Source of the DNA: an uncultured delta proteobacterium
Lineage (GTDB): Bacteria > Desulfobacterota > Binatia > UBA9968
Assembly: GCA_963816145.1 (NCBI GenBank)
Contig: CAWFJP010000005.1
Span: 64,001-128,000 of the forward strand
Direction of reading: 5' to 3'
DNA: 64,000 nucleotides
The translations under genes and the position numbers were made by a program. Within the stretch, counting starts at the first letter, position 1; each line of letters starts with the position of its first letter. This document shows, one piece after another, positions 37,335-47,236 of the stretch. The notes under the pieces are model-generated. The model did no database searches. It had not been told where the DNA came from and was given only the letters and a program-made list of their open reading frames with translations.

Positions 37335-38582
37335 ATGGTTCAGTATGCGCCCAAACTCACCTTCGGACCGGAAACCGCGGATTGGCAAGAGCGTCTCAAT
37401 ACCGAACGCATGCGCAACCAGCGCGTGGCGCGGGCGCAGGCGATCATGAAGAAGCACGGCGTGGCCGCGCTGCTCGAAGCCAATCATCACAACATTAGAT
37501 ATTTAACGGCACTGCGCGGATTCACTTACCCGATGTGCCGCTACGTGCTGTTCTTCGCCGAGCATGCTCCGGTGATGTACGAGCACGACGGCTATTTTCA
37601 TCAGATGCCGGATCAGTGTCCGTGGATCAAAGAGTGGCGCCCCGCGCATTCCTGGCTGAGCGGAGCACCCGGACCCGGCGCCTGCGCCGCTGAGGCCAAA
37701 GCGTTCGCGGCGGAGATCAAAGCGGAGCTCGAGAAACGCGGTCTGCTCGGCGAGAAGCTCGCGCTCGGCAGTTTCGACGGCAACGCGCGGGAGGCGCTGG
37801 TCAATGCCGGCGTTAAAAATATCGTCGACTCGCGCAATCTCATGCTCGAAGCGCGCATGATCAAAAACCGTGACGAGATCGATTGTCTCAAAACCTGCGC
37901 GTCGATGGTCGACGGCGTCTGGTATCGGGTGTGGGAAAATCTCAAACCCGGCATTCGCGACACCGATCTGATGCGCATCGCGTCTACGGCCGGCTGGGAG
38001 ATGGGGCTCGAAGGCTCCGTGCCCGGCGGCTGGCGCACCGGGCCGACGACCTTCGACCGCGGACCCCACGCCACCAGCCGGGTGATTCAGTTCGGCGATA
38101 TGGTTTACGGCTCCTACTGCGGCGCGACTTATATGGGTTACGGCAGCTGCACCTACCGGACCTTCATCGTCGGCCGCAAGCCGACGGCGCAGGAGCAGGA
38201 CTGGTACAAGCAAGTGCGCGAGCGGCTCGATCTGGTCATCTCGGAAATCAAACCGGGCAAGACCACGGCGGACGCGGCGAAACATTTTCCGCCGGCGACT
38301 AAGTGGGGTTATAGGAGCGAAGTGGAAATCCTCGCCAGCGAAATCGGCCACGGCATCGGTCTCGGCACCAACACCGGCTACGATGTTCCGATCATCAACC
38401 GCCTGTGGTCCTTCGATCATCCGCAGGTATTCGAAGAAGGGATGACGATCGCCGTCGAATCGCGCGAAGGCGCGACCCGCGTCGGCGGCGCGCGCTTGGA
38501 AAACATGCTGGTGGTGACGAAAAACGGCGCCGAGATCATGGACTATTTCCCGCGCGATGAGATCTTGGTGGCGCCGCGCTGA
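37335..38582 (+). CDS. M24 (pita-bread) peptidase / creatinase-like hydrolase
   Basis: NIRYLT, ARMIK..DEI, GHGIGL, EGMTIAVE, RLENMLVVT..G.E; GAGGAG RBS. Confidence 0.88.
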   Translation: MVQYAPKLTFGPETADWQERLNTERMRNQRVARAQAIMKKHGVAALLEANHHNIRYLTALRGFTYPMCRYVLFFAEHAPVMYEHDGYFHQMPDQCPWIKEWRPAHSWLSGAPGPGACAAEAKAFAAEIKAELEKRGLLGEKLALGSFDGNAREALVNAGVKNIVDSRNLMLEARMIKNRDEIDCLKTCASMVDGVWYRVWENLKPGIRDTDLMRIASTAGWEMGLEGSVPGGWRTGPTTFDRGPHATSRVIQFGDMVYGSYCGATYMGYGSCTYRTFIVGRKPTAQEQDWYKQVRERLDLVISEIKPGKTTADAAKHFPPATKWGYRSEVEILASEIGHGIGLGTNTGYDVPIINRLWSFDHPQVFEEGMTIAVESREGATRVGGARLENMLVVTKNGAEIMDYFPRDEILVAPR

Positions 38583-38761
38583 CCTAGCGAAGTCGCGGCT
38601 CGATTCCCAGGGATTAGAATTCCGCCGTGGTGCATTCCGAATTTCGATAATTGAATGGGAGGAGCCGGACTCAGTTGCTGGTTGTCTTGTTAGCGAGATC
38701 TCCGAGCTAATCGCAAGTCACAATCCATCGCCGCTGTCTTTTTTAACTAGTTTATTTGTTT

Positions 38762-38905
38762 TCCCTCTTTGAAAAAGAGGGGCCAGGGGAGATTTTTTAT
38801 CCTGCATACAGCTGTATCGTCTCAGAAGATTGGCGAATCCAGCGAAGAACCCTCCCATCCCGCAACCAAATTTCCCTTCGTCCCCCTTTGCCAAAGGGGG
38901 TTGGG
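38762..38905. repeat. CCCT(T)n...AAAGGGG hairpin doublet
   Basis: ccctctttgaaaaagagggg and ccccctttgccaaaggggg; similar doublet at 62255-62349 and a related hairpin at 10095-10143. Confidence 0.6.
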
Positions 38906-39061
38906 TTTTCGCTCGCGGCGGGTTTCTTCGTCAGCGATGTGTCGAACTGATGAGAGGTGCCGCGCGATCGAGACTGTTTTGTTTTGACCGCCTATTCTCT
39001 GGCACGAATTTAGCTGGAGAATCTCCTCGAGTCTGTTGCGCTCAACTTTCTGGAGGAAACG

Positions 39062-39757
39062 ATGGCCCAGTTGCGCTGTCTGACGATCAAAGCGAGCGAG
39101 CCAACAAGATTGGCGGATTTTTACCGCGCGGTTTTCGAACTCGATACGGTTTCGGAAGATGGCGGTCTGATTCGCCTGTCCGATGGCGTATTTACTTTGG
39201 CGCTGCTCAAAGAAGCGGATGAATCTCGCACCGGACTCCATGCCAGCGGCTTCCAGGTCGACAGCCAGGCGACTGTGAAGCAGGGTGCCGAGAAGGGCGG
39301 AACCCCATCGCCCCATAGTGAGTTTCGAGTCATGGACCCGGATAAAAATTTGATCGACGTCACGACCGGGGTGTTTGGCGTATCGGCGGCCAAGACGCCG
39401 TTTCCGATCAGGCATATGGCGCTATTCACCGCCGATCCAAAACGGCTGGCCGACTTTTACGCTACCGTTTTCGGTTTGAAACCCGTCGGCCACACCGACC
39501 GCGGCTCGATCTTCGTCTCCGACGGCTACTTCAATCAGGCGCTGCTCTATCAACGCGTGCACGAGGAAAAGAACGGCTTCAATCATTTCGGCTTCAAGAT
39601 CCGCGACGTCGAAGAAACCCGAGACCGCGCCGAAAAAGCCGGCGTCCGCCGCGGCGCCGCCAGGCCGCAGCGGATTCCCTTCGCCGAATTCCGCCTGCAC
39701 GATCCCGAAGGCAACGGCATCGATATTTCGGTCAAAGGGTTTATGCCGGGGGAGTAG
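39062..39757 (+). CDS. Two-domain VOC (glyoxalase-like) protein
   Basis: Duplicated LADFY..VF.L / SDG.F..ALL / H.GF / DP..N.ID motifs. Confidence 0.85.
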   Translation: MAQLRCLTIKASEPTRLADFYRAVFELDTVSEDGGLIRLSDGVFTLALLKEADESRTGLHASGFQVDSQATVKQGAEKGGTPSPHSEFRVMDPDKNLIDVTTGVFGVSAAKTPFPIRHMALFTADPKRLADFYATVFGLKPVGHTDRGSIFVSDGYFNQALLYQRVHEEKNGFNHFGFKIRDVEETRDRAEKAGVRRGAARPQRIPFAEFRLHDPEGNGIDISVKGFMPGE

Positions 39758-40488
39758 GGTTCTCCGATTCGGAGTATCGATATTGTCGGACGGGATTTGC
39801 CGCCGCTTTTAGCGTCACCGCCCGTCGACACCTTTCCACTCTCGCCATTTCCAACCGTATCCGATTATTCCGTTGATAATCGGTTGTCCGGCAAGGGGAC
39901 TACGATCTTTGACGATCAAGTGATCTAAGTTAGGAATGTAATCGAACTTTCAGTTCAATCCTGCGGCGACAATCTCTCGATTGTCAGAGCTAAGCGAGGA
40001 TGTTTCGCCCATCGTGAAGAGCGAATATTTTAGATCTGCAATTTACGTTCTCTCCGTCAAACAAATTCTCTGGAATCTGTCTGAGGCGTCGAGCAGTTCT
40101 AATCTTGGAAATAATAAAACTGCTTCTGCTAGAATCGTTTCGTTTGTCCGGCTTCTTTTCAAATTGCGACTTAGGGGGTAAACCGGAATTGTCCTACCTT
40201 TTGCTATGCCACTTCGTTCGTAGATCACCTTTAGTCATTGGTGCGAAGCGAAACGAAAACCCTAGATGTTTTCTTCGCTCTTGCGAAAACTTCTGAAAGT
40301 TAACTTTGACAAGGATTATATTTTAGCGACTTAAAGAAGCAGAGCCACGATGGCAACTTATCCCAACCTTTAGCACAAGTTGACTCGCCGGCAGTGGTTG
40401 CGATATGCCTGCGGCCAGTATGGCCCGGTACATATATTAAAGCTACGACGCGCCGCGTTGGAGCGCACCTGTCAAGGACTGAAGGCCA

Positions 40489-40644
40489 ATGGTGTTATGG
40501 ATTGAGTTGCTCGCGTACGCCGCCCTCGCGGCGGGTGTACTTGTTATGATCTGGAGTCTCGTTCGGGGAAGCGTTTCCGTAACCGGGCTGGGGCTCCTGA
40601 TTGTCGGTCTACTGATCGAGCTGCTGATTTGGATCTTCACCTGA
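40489..40644 (+). CDS. Putative 51-aa two-TM small membrane protein
   Basis: MVLWIELLAYAALAAGVLVMIWSLVRGSVSVTGLGLLIVGLLIELLIWIFT; below the ORF-track cutoff; weak GAAGG RBS. Confidence 0.45.
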   Translation: MVLWIELLAYAALAAGVLVMIWSLVRGSVSVTGLGLLIVGLLIELLIWIFT

Positions 40645-41434
40645 GATCCATAACTTCACACACGAACCCGGCCCGGCGCTCTTCGCGGGTCGCAGCTTCG
40701 CCAAACAGTTTTAAACTCCGGCAACGCCGGTGGCGCTCCCGGGTCGATGCGATCTACGCACAGGGAGAACGCATTGGCGATGTAATGCTACACGCTGCGC
40801 CGGTCCCGCCGTTCCTGCTCGTAGCTCCAGCGCCCGCTTAACGCTTCCACAAGGCAACGTGCATCGGCTTTATTGATCTGGAGTGCCGGCACCATGGTGA
40901 AGGGCTGCACCTTGCCGAGCACGTCCAACATAGAATCGCGCCGGCTCGCCCAGGCATGAATCGCCGGATCCCAACTGTCGCCCAAGGTCGTGCTAAGCGT
41001 CTTCACGAAGTCGCATTGTGCATCGGTCTCGATGTCCTCGACGACGCCTAAGAGTAACCGGCGGACTAAAAACACCCAGGGGCAGAACAATTCCGAAGAT
41101 GATGACCAGAACCATCCGCACAAAAAAATAGTAGCGCGATTACAGACGAAAAATAAGCGACGGTAGACTCGCGTAGGGGTGGGCCGCAGTTAGATCACAT
41201 TCTCAGCCGGTGAAGCGGTGAGTGCCATAACCAGCGGTGCCCAAATGTTACCGCAACTTCCGTCATTTTCCTTGGCAATTCGCTGCGCATCAAATCGCGG
41301 TGAATTTAAACAAAACGTCACTTGAATCTACACGTCTCCGTGATAGATTTTTTGCGCATACATCTCGATTGCTGGCTGCGTTTGACTCCATTTTTCCGGC
41401 TTAGCTGATTAAAGCACTGAGGGGAAAGAACACA

Positions 41435-41725
41435 TTGCTGCTCAAGGAATACAGCCCCAGCTGGCCTCCAAGCATTACAATTAGTGACGCGGAGCTCGCT
41501 CCAAAAGGGGCCATTCCGCCGAAAGCCGATCCGGGGGATGTGGTTTTAAAAGTCCAATATCTATATCCCGGCGAATTGGAAATAAGACTGCGCCGCGCAA
41601 AATACAACGAGTACACAGTCTTGTTGCGTGTTCCGCCCTCTCTGCAACAGAAAATCATCTTTGACATTGTCCGAAAGAAGAACATGACACTACGCGAAGT
41701 TGGAGAGTTGCCGATTCGCGTCTGA
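41435..41725 (+). CDS. Hypothetical protein
   Basis: 96-aa ORF with globular-looking composition and GAGGGG upstream of a TTG start. Confidence 0.5.
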   Translation: MLLKEYSPSWPPSITISDAELAPKGAIPPKADPGDVVLKVQYLYPGELEIRLRRAKYNEYTVLLRVPPSLQQKIIFDIVRKKNMTLREVGELPIRV

Positions 41726-42463
41726 ATTATACATTTTCTGTTTATTTTCCGGTGCAGCATGCCGGCCCAGAAACCGTTATCCGAGCATGAGAAGCGTAAC
41801 CTGAGGGCGGTTAAGTTGTTCCTAGACGTTGATCCGAAGCGCTCAGAAGTTGCAAAAGCATTCACTGGACTCGCCTAAGACACTCGACAAACTCTCACCT
41901 CACAAGCAACGCTCTTTCATCAAGCTCTACCACACGGCTTTGGAGGACCCGGAAACATTTCTACTTATTCAAAAGGTCAGGTCAAAAATACTTCGCCCAT
42001 AATCTGGAAATCGCAGTTGATACAGGCTCGCTTATCCGGCGCCTCTCGTAGCTGAGCAAACTGGTCGGCTCGGAAAACCATGATCGGCCGCCCTCCTGCG
42101 ATCTCAGCATCACGGCAGTGCCGGCGATGAAAACGGTTTTGCGTATCCTATCGCCAACTCCGGGCGCGAGGATCAAAGTTTGAGCGCGTTGTCATTGGCT
42201 CCAACCTCGGCCCGCCGGGAAACTCTTCCTCGATCTTAAGGCAGCACAGCGCCACGGCATCGACCCTGCCGGTGAAATCCTTGGCGTTAGGCCCAAGGAT
42301 ATGCCGGTGAAAGGCGTCGATAAAATAGATCTAGTCATCAGAAAAAGCCCGACAGTCAGTCGCTTGCCTTTTGCCAGCTCATTCTTATACATATCTCCCT
42401 CGCAACATAGTCGCACGACCCGCACTGAATCAACTTTCCGCGACTGAGTCCTGGAGAAACGGT

Positions 42464-44428
42464 ATGAACTTACCACCGGAACAAGAATCTATTAGGGCAA
42501 AATGTTTTCATCCGTCGGGGCTGTTCGTGGAGTTTTCGAGAGAAGATATCGAGAAATCGATCCCTGAACGATTTGAGAAAATCGTACGGACGCATCCGGA
42601 CCAATTGGCCATCAAGACAGCGTTGGAAGAACTGACCTACGCTGAGTTGAATCGTGCCGCCAATCGTGTCGCTCACACGTTGATGGATCACGCGATCCGT
42701 GAGACCAAGCCGGTTGCCCTGCTCTTTGATAACGGCACACAGCTTATTATTGCGATGCTCGGAGTTTTGAAGGCCGGCCATTTCTTTGTTCTCTTAGACC
42801 CATCGCTTCCATCGGAAAAACTTGCCGCGTTGCTTGCCAAATCACAGGCGAGGTTGGTGCTGAGCGATGTTGGGAAATTGCAGTTGGCGAGGGAGCTGGC
42901 AGGTACCGGGTTGAAGATAGTCGACTACCAATCGCTCAGTGGCTGCGCGAACACGGCCAATTGCGAACTGTCCCTGAGTCCGCAAATGTTTAGCTATCTT
43001 GTCTATACATCCGGTTCCACGGGGGAACCGAAGGGTGTCATCTATACCCACCAAACTCTTTTGCATCACGTAATGGTGATGACCAATAGTTACCATATCT
43101 GCACCAATGACAAGATAGGTCTCATGACATCAACGTCTAGCGCTACTCTCTCGACCATTGCGCATGCTTTATTAAACGGCGCGACGCTTTATCCCTACGA
43201 TGTCCAAAGCTCTGGTGTTAGCGAGCTAGAGGAGTGGTTGACACGCGAGCAAATTTCAATTTGCTACATTCCCTCCCCGTTATTCCGCAACATGGCAGCG
43301 ACTCTCAAGGTGCAGACTCGTTTCAGCGATTTGCGTCTTATCCATTTGAGAAGCGACAAGGTTCATAAAAGCGATATTGAACTTTGCAAAAACGTTCTTC
43401 CACCCAACGGCTTCATTGGAACTGGGCTGGCCACGACGGAAACCGCCCTAATTGCAATTAACCTAATAGATCAGGACACTAAGTTTCCCGGCGAGGAGGT
43501 TCCAATCGGTTTTCCCGTTGAAGACAAAGAGATCTCCCTGATTGATGACGACGGTAACGACGTTGGTTTCGACGAGGTCGGCGAGATTATCGTGCGAAGT
43601 AAGTATTTATCTCCTGGTTACTGGAACAACCCGGAACTAACGAACGCCAAGTTCAAGTTCGATGCCGAAGATCCCAATAGGCGCATTTATTACACCGGTG
43701 ATCTGGGGCTGATGTTGCCAGATGGTTGCTTGATTCATAAAGGGCGGAAAGATTTTCGGGTTAAAATACGAGGATACGGGGTGGATTTGGTGGAAGTCGA
43801 AAAGGCACTGCTATCTCACCCAGGGATTCGAGAAGCTGTGATAGTCAGTCCAAGGACCCGATCAGGCGAGGCTCGGCTGATTGCTTATTTTGTTTCGGCC
43901 CGGGACTACGTCCCCACCGTTAGTGACTTGCGTCTCTCTTTGGGGAAAACGTTGGCAGATTACATGATTCCATCGGCTTTTGTGAAACTTGACAAAATCC
44001 CTCTGACCACCAACGGAAAGGTGGACCGCGCGGCATTACCTGAGCCGGATGATAAGCGACCGGAGCTGAGCACACCCTATGCACGCCCACGGAATGAGAC
44101 CGAAGCTGGCGTACTCCAACTTTGGCAGGAAGTTCTTGAGGTACGCCCAATAGGTATCCACGACAACTTTTTCGACCTAGGTGGCCACTCGCTGTCAGCA
44201 ACCCGTGTGGTGTCCAGAGTGTTCGAGCAATATAAGTTAGAGATACCGCTGCGATCGCTGTTTCAGTCTCCGACCATTGCCGAAATGGCTGCGGTGATCA
44301 GCGAACATCAGGGAAAGATGTTAGACCAAAGGGAGTTGGCCACCATCCTAGATGAATTAGCGTCGCTGTCGGACGCTGAAGTGCGGCGGCTTGTGAGCGA
44401 AAATAATTCGACCATCGCCAAAAAATAG
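42464..44428 (+). CDS. Stand-alone NRPS-like adenylation-thiolation (A-T) didomain protein
   Basis: LTYAEL, YTSGSTGEPKG, YYTGDL, GRKDFRVKIRG, NGKVDR, carrier motif DNFFDLGGHSL; GGAG RBS before ATG at 42464. Confidence 0.9.
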   Translation: MNLPPEQESIRAKCFHPSGLFVEFSREDIEKSIPERFEKIVRTHPDQLAIKTALEELTYAELNRAANRVAHTLMDHAIRETKPVALLFDNGTQLIIAMLGVLKAGHFFVLLDPSLPSEKLAALLAKSQARLVLSDVGKLQLARELAGTGLKIVDYQSLSGCANTANCELSLSPQMFSYLVYTSGSTGEPKGVIYTHQTLLHHVMVMTNSYHICTNDKIGLMTSTSSATLSTIAHALLNGATLYPYDVQSSGVSELEEWLTREQISICYIPSPLFRNMAATLKVQTRFSDLRLIHLRSDKVHKSDIELCKNVLPPNGFIGTGLATTETALIAINLIDQDTKFPGEEVPIGFPVEDKEISLIDDDGNDVGFDEVGEIIVRSKYLSPGYWNNPELTNAKFKFDAEDPNRRIYYTGDLGLMLPDGCLIHKGRKDFRVKIRGYGVDLVEVEKALLSHPGIREAVIVSPRTRSGEARLIAYFVSARDYVPTVSDLRLSLGKTLADYMIPSAFVKLDKIPLTTNGKVDRAALPEPDDKRPELSTPYARPRNETEAGVLQLWQEVLEVRPIGIHDNFFDLGGHSLSATRVVSRVFEQYKLEIPLRSLFQSPTIAEMAAVISEHQGKMLDQRELATILDELASLSDAEVRRLVSENNSTIAKK

Positions 44429-44720
44429 TTTCGGCTTCCTAAGATACAGCTGGATCGGCATCGGTAATCAGGCGATGTTCTCCATCCGCAGGCTGAGATT
44501 GAACTGATTTCTCCAACAACTCGATCTCATCCGGTCCTTTTGTCCGCTTTCTGTCCAAGAACTATTTCCCAAGAAACCAAAACAAATCCAGCCATGTTAA
44601 AACTTAGCAGCTAAATTTGGCTCATCTTGGTTGCTGTGCTGCCGTCGACTCGCTTCGTATTCGTCTTCACCGCGTTGCAAGCCGCGCTGATCCGTGGAAG
44701 ATTAACGCGGGAAGAAATTC

Positions 44721-45914
44721 ATGCCGGTCAAGATTCTCGACAACATTACGGTTATCGAATGCGCGACTTTCGTCACCGGGCCTTATGCGACGGCGCTCTT
44801 GGCCGATCTCGGCGCGCGGGTGATCAAGATCGAGTCGGCGCCCGACGGCGATCCGTATCGTTATTTCGCGCCGGACCCGGCGTTCAGTTTCAACTTCGCC
44901 CATCTCAATCGCAACAAAGAGAGCTTGGTGCTCGATCTCAAAGCGCCGAAGGGCAAAGAGATTTGTCTCGAGCTGCTCAAGACAGCCGATGTCTTCGTGG
45001 AAAACTTTCGCCCCGGCACGGCAGCTCGGCTGGGGATCGGTTATGAGAGGTTAAAAGTTCTCAATCCAAAACTGGTCTACTGCTCGATCTCTGCGTTCGG
45101 CCAGAGCGGCCCCTACGCGGAGAAGCCCGGCTTCGATACCTTGGGGCAGGCGATGAGTGGTTTGTTGAGTTTGCTCAGCGATACCCACGATCCCAAGGTC
45201 ATGGGCATGGCGGTGTCGGATTACGTCACCGGACTTTCCGCGGGCTACGGCATACTCGCTGCGCTCTTAGCGCGGGCAAATTCCGGTGTCGGTTGCCGTG
45301 TCGAGACGTCGCTGCTGCAAGCGACCTTATCCTTTATCGGCGAGACGGCGGCGGGTTACCTGCGCACTGGCAGCGTGCCCAACCGCATGGCGCGGGTGAA
45401 GAACGCCCACGCCTTCGCGTTGGTTTGCCAGGACGGCAAGCCGCTGGCGATTCATTGTTCGGTGCCGGAGAAGTTTTGGCTGGCGCTGTTGCAGGCCGCC
45501 GAACGCATGGACATCGCCGCGGATGAACGATTCAAGTCGCGCGATTCACGGCGGCAGAACTACGAGGCATTAGAACAAACGCTGGCGTCGACATTCAAGA
45601 CCAAGACGCGCGGCGATTGGTTGAAAATCCTCGAAGCCCACGACGTGCCGGCGGTGCCGCTCTATGACGTCGCCGAAGTGCTCAACGACCCGCAAGTGAA
45701 GCATCTTGGCCTGATCGAAGAGATCGAGCATCCCACCGCCGGCAGATTAAGGTTCGTCGGTGGACCGGTGGGTTTTGACAATCTGGCCAAAGACAAAGCC
45801 GCGCCGCCGCCCCTGGTGGGCGCGCAGAGTGAGAACATTCTCCGCGCATTGGGCCACGACGACGCGGCGATCAAAGAGTTGGTGAGCCAAGGTGTCAGTC
45901 AAATCGCTCGTTAG
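44721..45914 (+). CDS. Class III CoA transferase (CaiB/BaiF family)
   Basis: LLADLGARVIKIE, NRNKESL.LDLK, DVFVENFRPG, SAFGQSGPY..KPGFD. Confidence 0.93.
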   Translation: MPVKILDNITVIECATFVTGPYATALLADLGARVIKIESAPDGDPYRYFAPDPAFSFNFAHLNRNKESLVLDLKAPKGKEICLELLKTADVFVENFRPGTAARLGIGYERLKVLNPKLVYCSISAFGQSGPYAEKPGFDTLGQAMSGLLSLLSDTHDPKVMGMAVSDYVTGLSAGYGILAALLARANSGVGCRVETSLLQATLSFIGETAAGYLRTGSVPNRMARVKNAHAFALVCQDGKPLAIHCSVPEKFWLALLQAAERMDIAADERFKSRDSRRQNYEALEQTLASTFKTKTRGDWLKILEAHDVPAVPLYDVAEVLNDPQVKHLGLIEEIEHPTAGRLRFVGGPVGFDNLAKDKAAPPPLVGAQSENILRALGHDDAAIKELVSQGVSQIAR

Positions 45915-45952
45915 CGTCCGCTAACTGCGCATAACTATCCCTTACCCATCCG

Positions 45953-47236
45953 ATGAATCGCTTACTTGCTGCCTGCGCACTCATTCTCTGGTTGTGCGTT
46001 ATACCTATCATTCGAGCGTCCCAGGCTCAGCCGGTGCCTGGAACGACGCCGGAGATCTTCAAGCAGTTTTCCGAGTATGTCGTAAAGATCGAGGTGGTGG
46101 AGACCGGCTCGGCGGCGAAAGCGTCGACGGGCACCGGCTTTGTTGCCGACCCTAGCGGGCGCATCGTTACCAACTACCATGTGATTTCCAAGTTGGTGCA
46201 TTCGCCGGAGCGCTATCGGATCGATGTTATCGATGTCGCCGGCGGCACGACCGTGGCGACGGTGCTGGGCGTCGATGTGGTCTACGACTTGGCGGTGTTG
46301 CGGACCGCTCGCCGGCCCAAGGGCCACCTGGACTTCGAATCGAAGCCGGTGGAGCAGGGCACAAGGCTCTATTCGCTCGGTCATCCGCATGACCTTGGCT
46401 TGAGCATCGTCGAAGGCACGCATAATGGACTGCTCAAACATACGCTCTATCCGAAAGTCCATTTCACCGGTTCGCTCAACCCCGGCATGAGCGGAGGGCC
46501 GACGCTGACACAAGCCGGCAAAGTCGTCGGCGTCAATGTCGCCACCGAGGGCAATCAGATCAGCTTTCTGGTGCCGGCGGAGCGGGCCATAGCTCTGCTG
46601 GAACGGACGGCCAAGGTAGAGACGCCGGCGGCGGCGGGCTTTCTCGCCGATGTCGGCCGGCAGATCTACGACAATCAGTCGCGCTATCTCGCCGGCATGT
46701 TCGATGCGAAGACGCCGCGGGTGGTGCTCTCGCCATACAATCTGCCGACCCGGCCGACCGAGTTTTTTCGCTGCTGGGCGGATGCGGTGCGCCGAAAAGA
46801 ATTGCCCTACGTGTCGGTGACCCACGACTGTTCGACGGACGATTATATATTTGTATCGAGCGAGCAGTCCTCGGGCATCGTGCGTTTTTTTCATCAGCTG
46901 CTATCTACCAGCGAGCTTAACCCAGCGCGCTTTTTCACGCTCTACTCCGGACAGTTTCAAGGCGGCAACGCGGCGATGTTCGGTAACGAAGAAGAAGTCA
47001 CGCCGTTCCGCTGCCAGACGCGCAACGTGGCGACGGCCAATGGCAAGCTCAAAGCGGTGTTATGCGCGCGCCAGTACATCAAGCTGCCGACGCTCTACGA
47101 CGCCGTGTTCCGCGCCGCCACGCTCGGCTCACGCAATGCCGGCTTGGTGTCGACGCTGTCTCTCTCCGGCGTGAGTTTCGACAACGTCCAAGGGCTCAGC
47201 CGCCGCTACATGGAGAACATCAAGTGGCAGCGCTAG
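45953..47236 (+). CDS. Exported trypsin-like (S1) serine protease with an uncharacterised C-terminal domain
   Basis: Signal peptide; TNYHV (His), DLAVL (Asp), NPGMSGGP (Ser); no PDZ domain recognised. Confidence 0.88.
   Translation: MNRLLAACALILWLCVIPIIRASQAQPVPGTTPEIFKQFSEYVVKIEVVETGSAAKASTGTGFVADPSGRIVTNYHVISKLVHSPERYRIDVIDVAGGTTVATVLGVDVVYDLAVLRTARRPKGHLDFESKPVEQGTRLYSLGHPHDLGLSIVEGTHNGLLKHTLYPKVHFTGSLNPGMSGGPTLTQAGKVVGVNVATEGNQISFLVPAERAIALLERTAKVETPAAAGFLADVGRQIYDNQSRYLAGMFDAKTPRVVLSPYNLPTRPTEFFRCWADAVRRKELPYVSVTHDCSTDDYIFVSSEQSSGIVRFFHQLLSTSELNPARFFTLYSGQFQGGNAAMFGNEEEVTPFRCQTRNVATANGKLKAVLCARQYIKLPTLYDAVFRAATLGSRNAGLVSTLSLSGVSFDNVQGLSRRYMENIKWQR

Noticed and set aside
39760-44620. Intact prophage or integrative element
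   Set aside because: No integrase, structural genes, tRNA or att direct repeats were seen.
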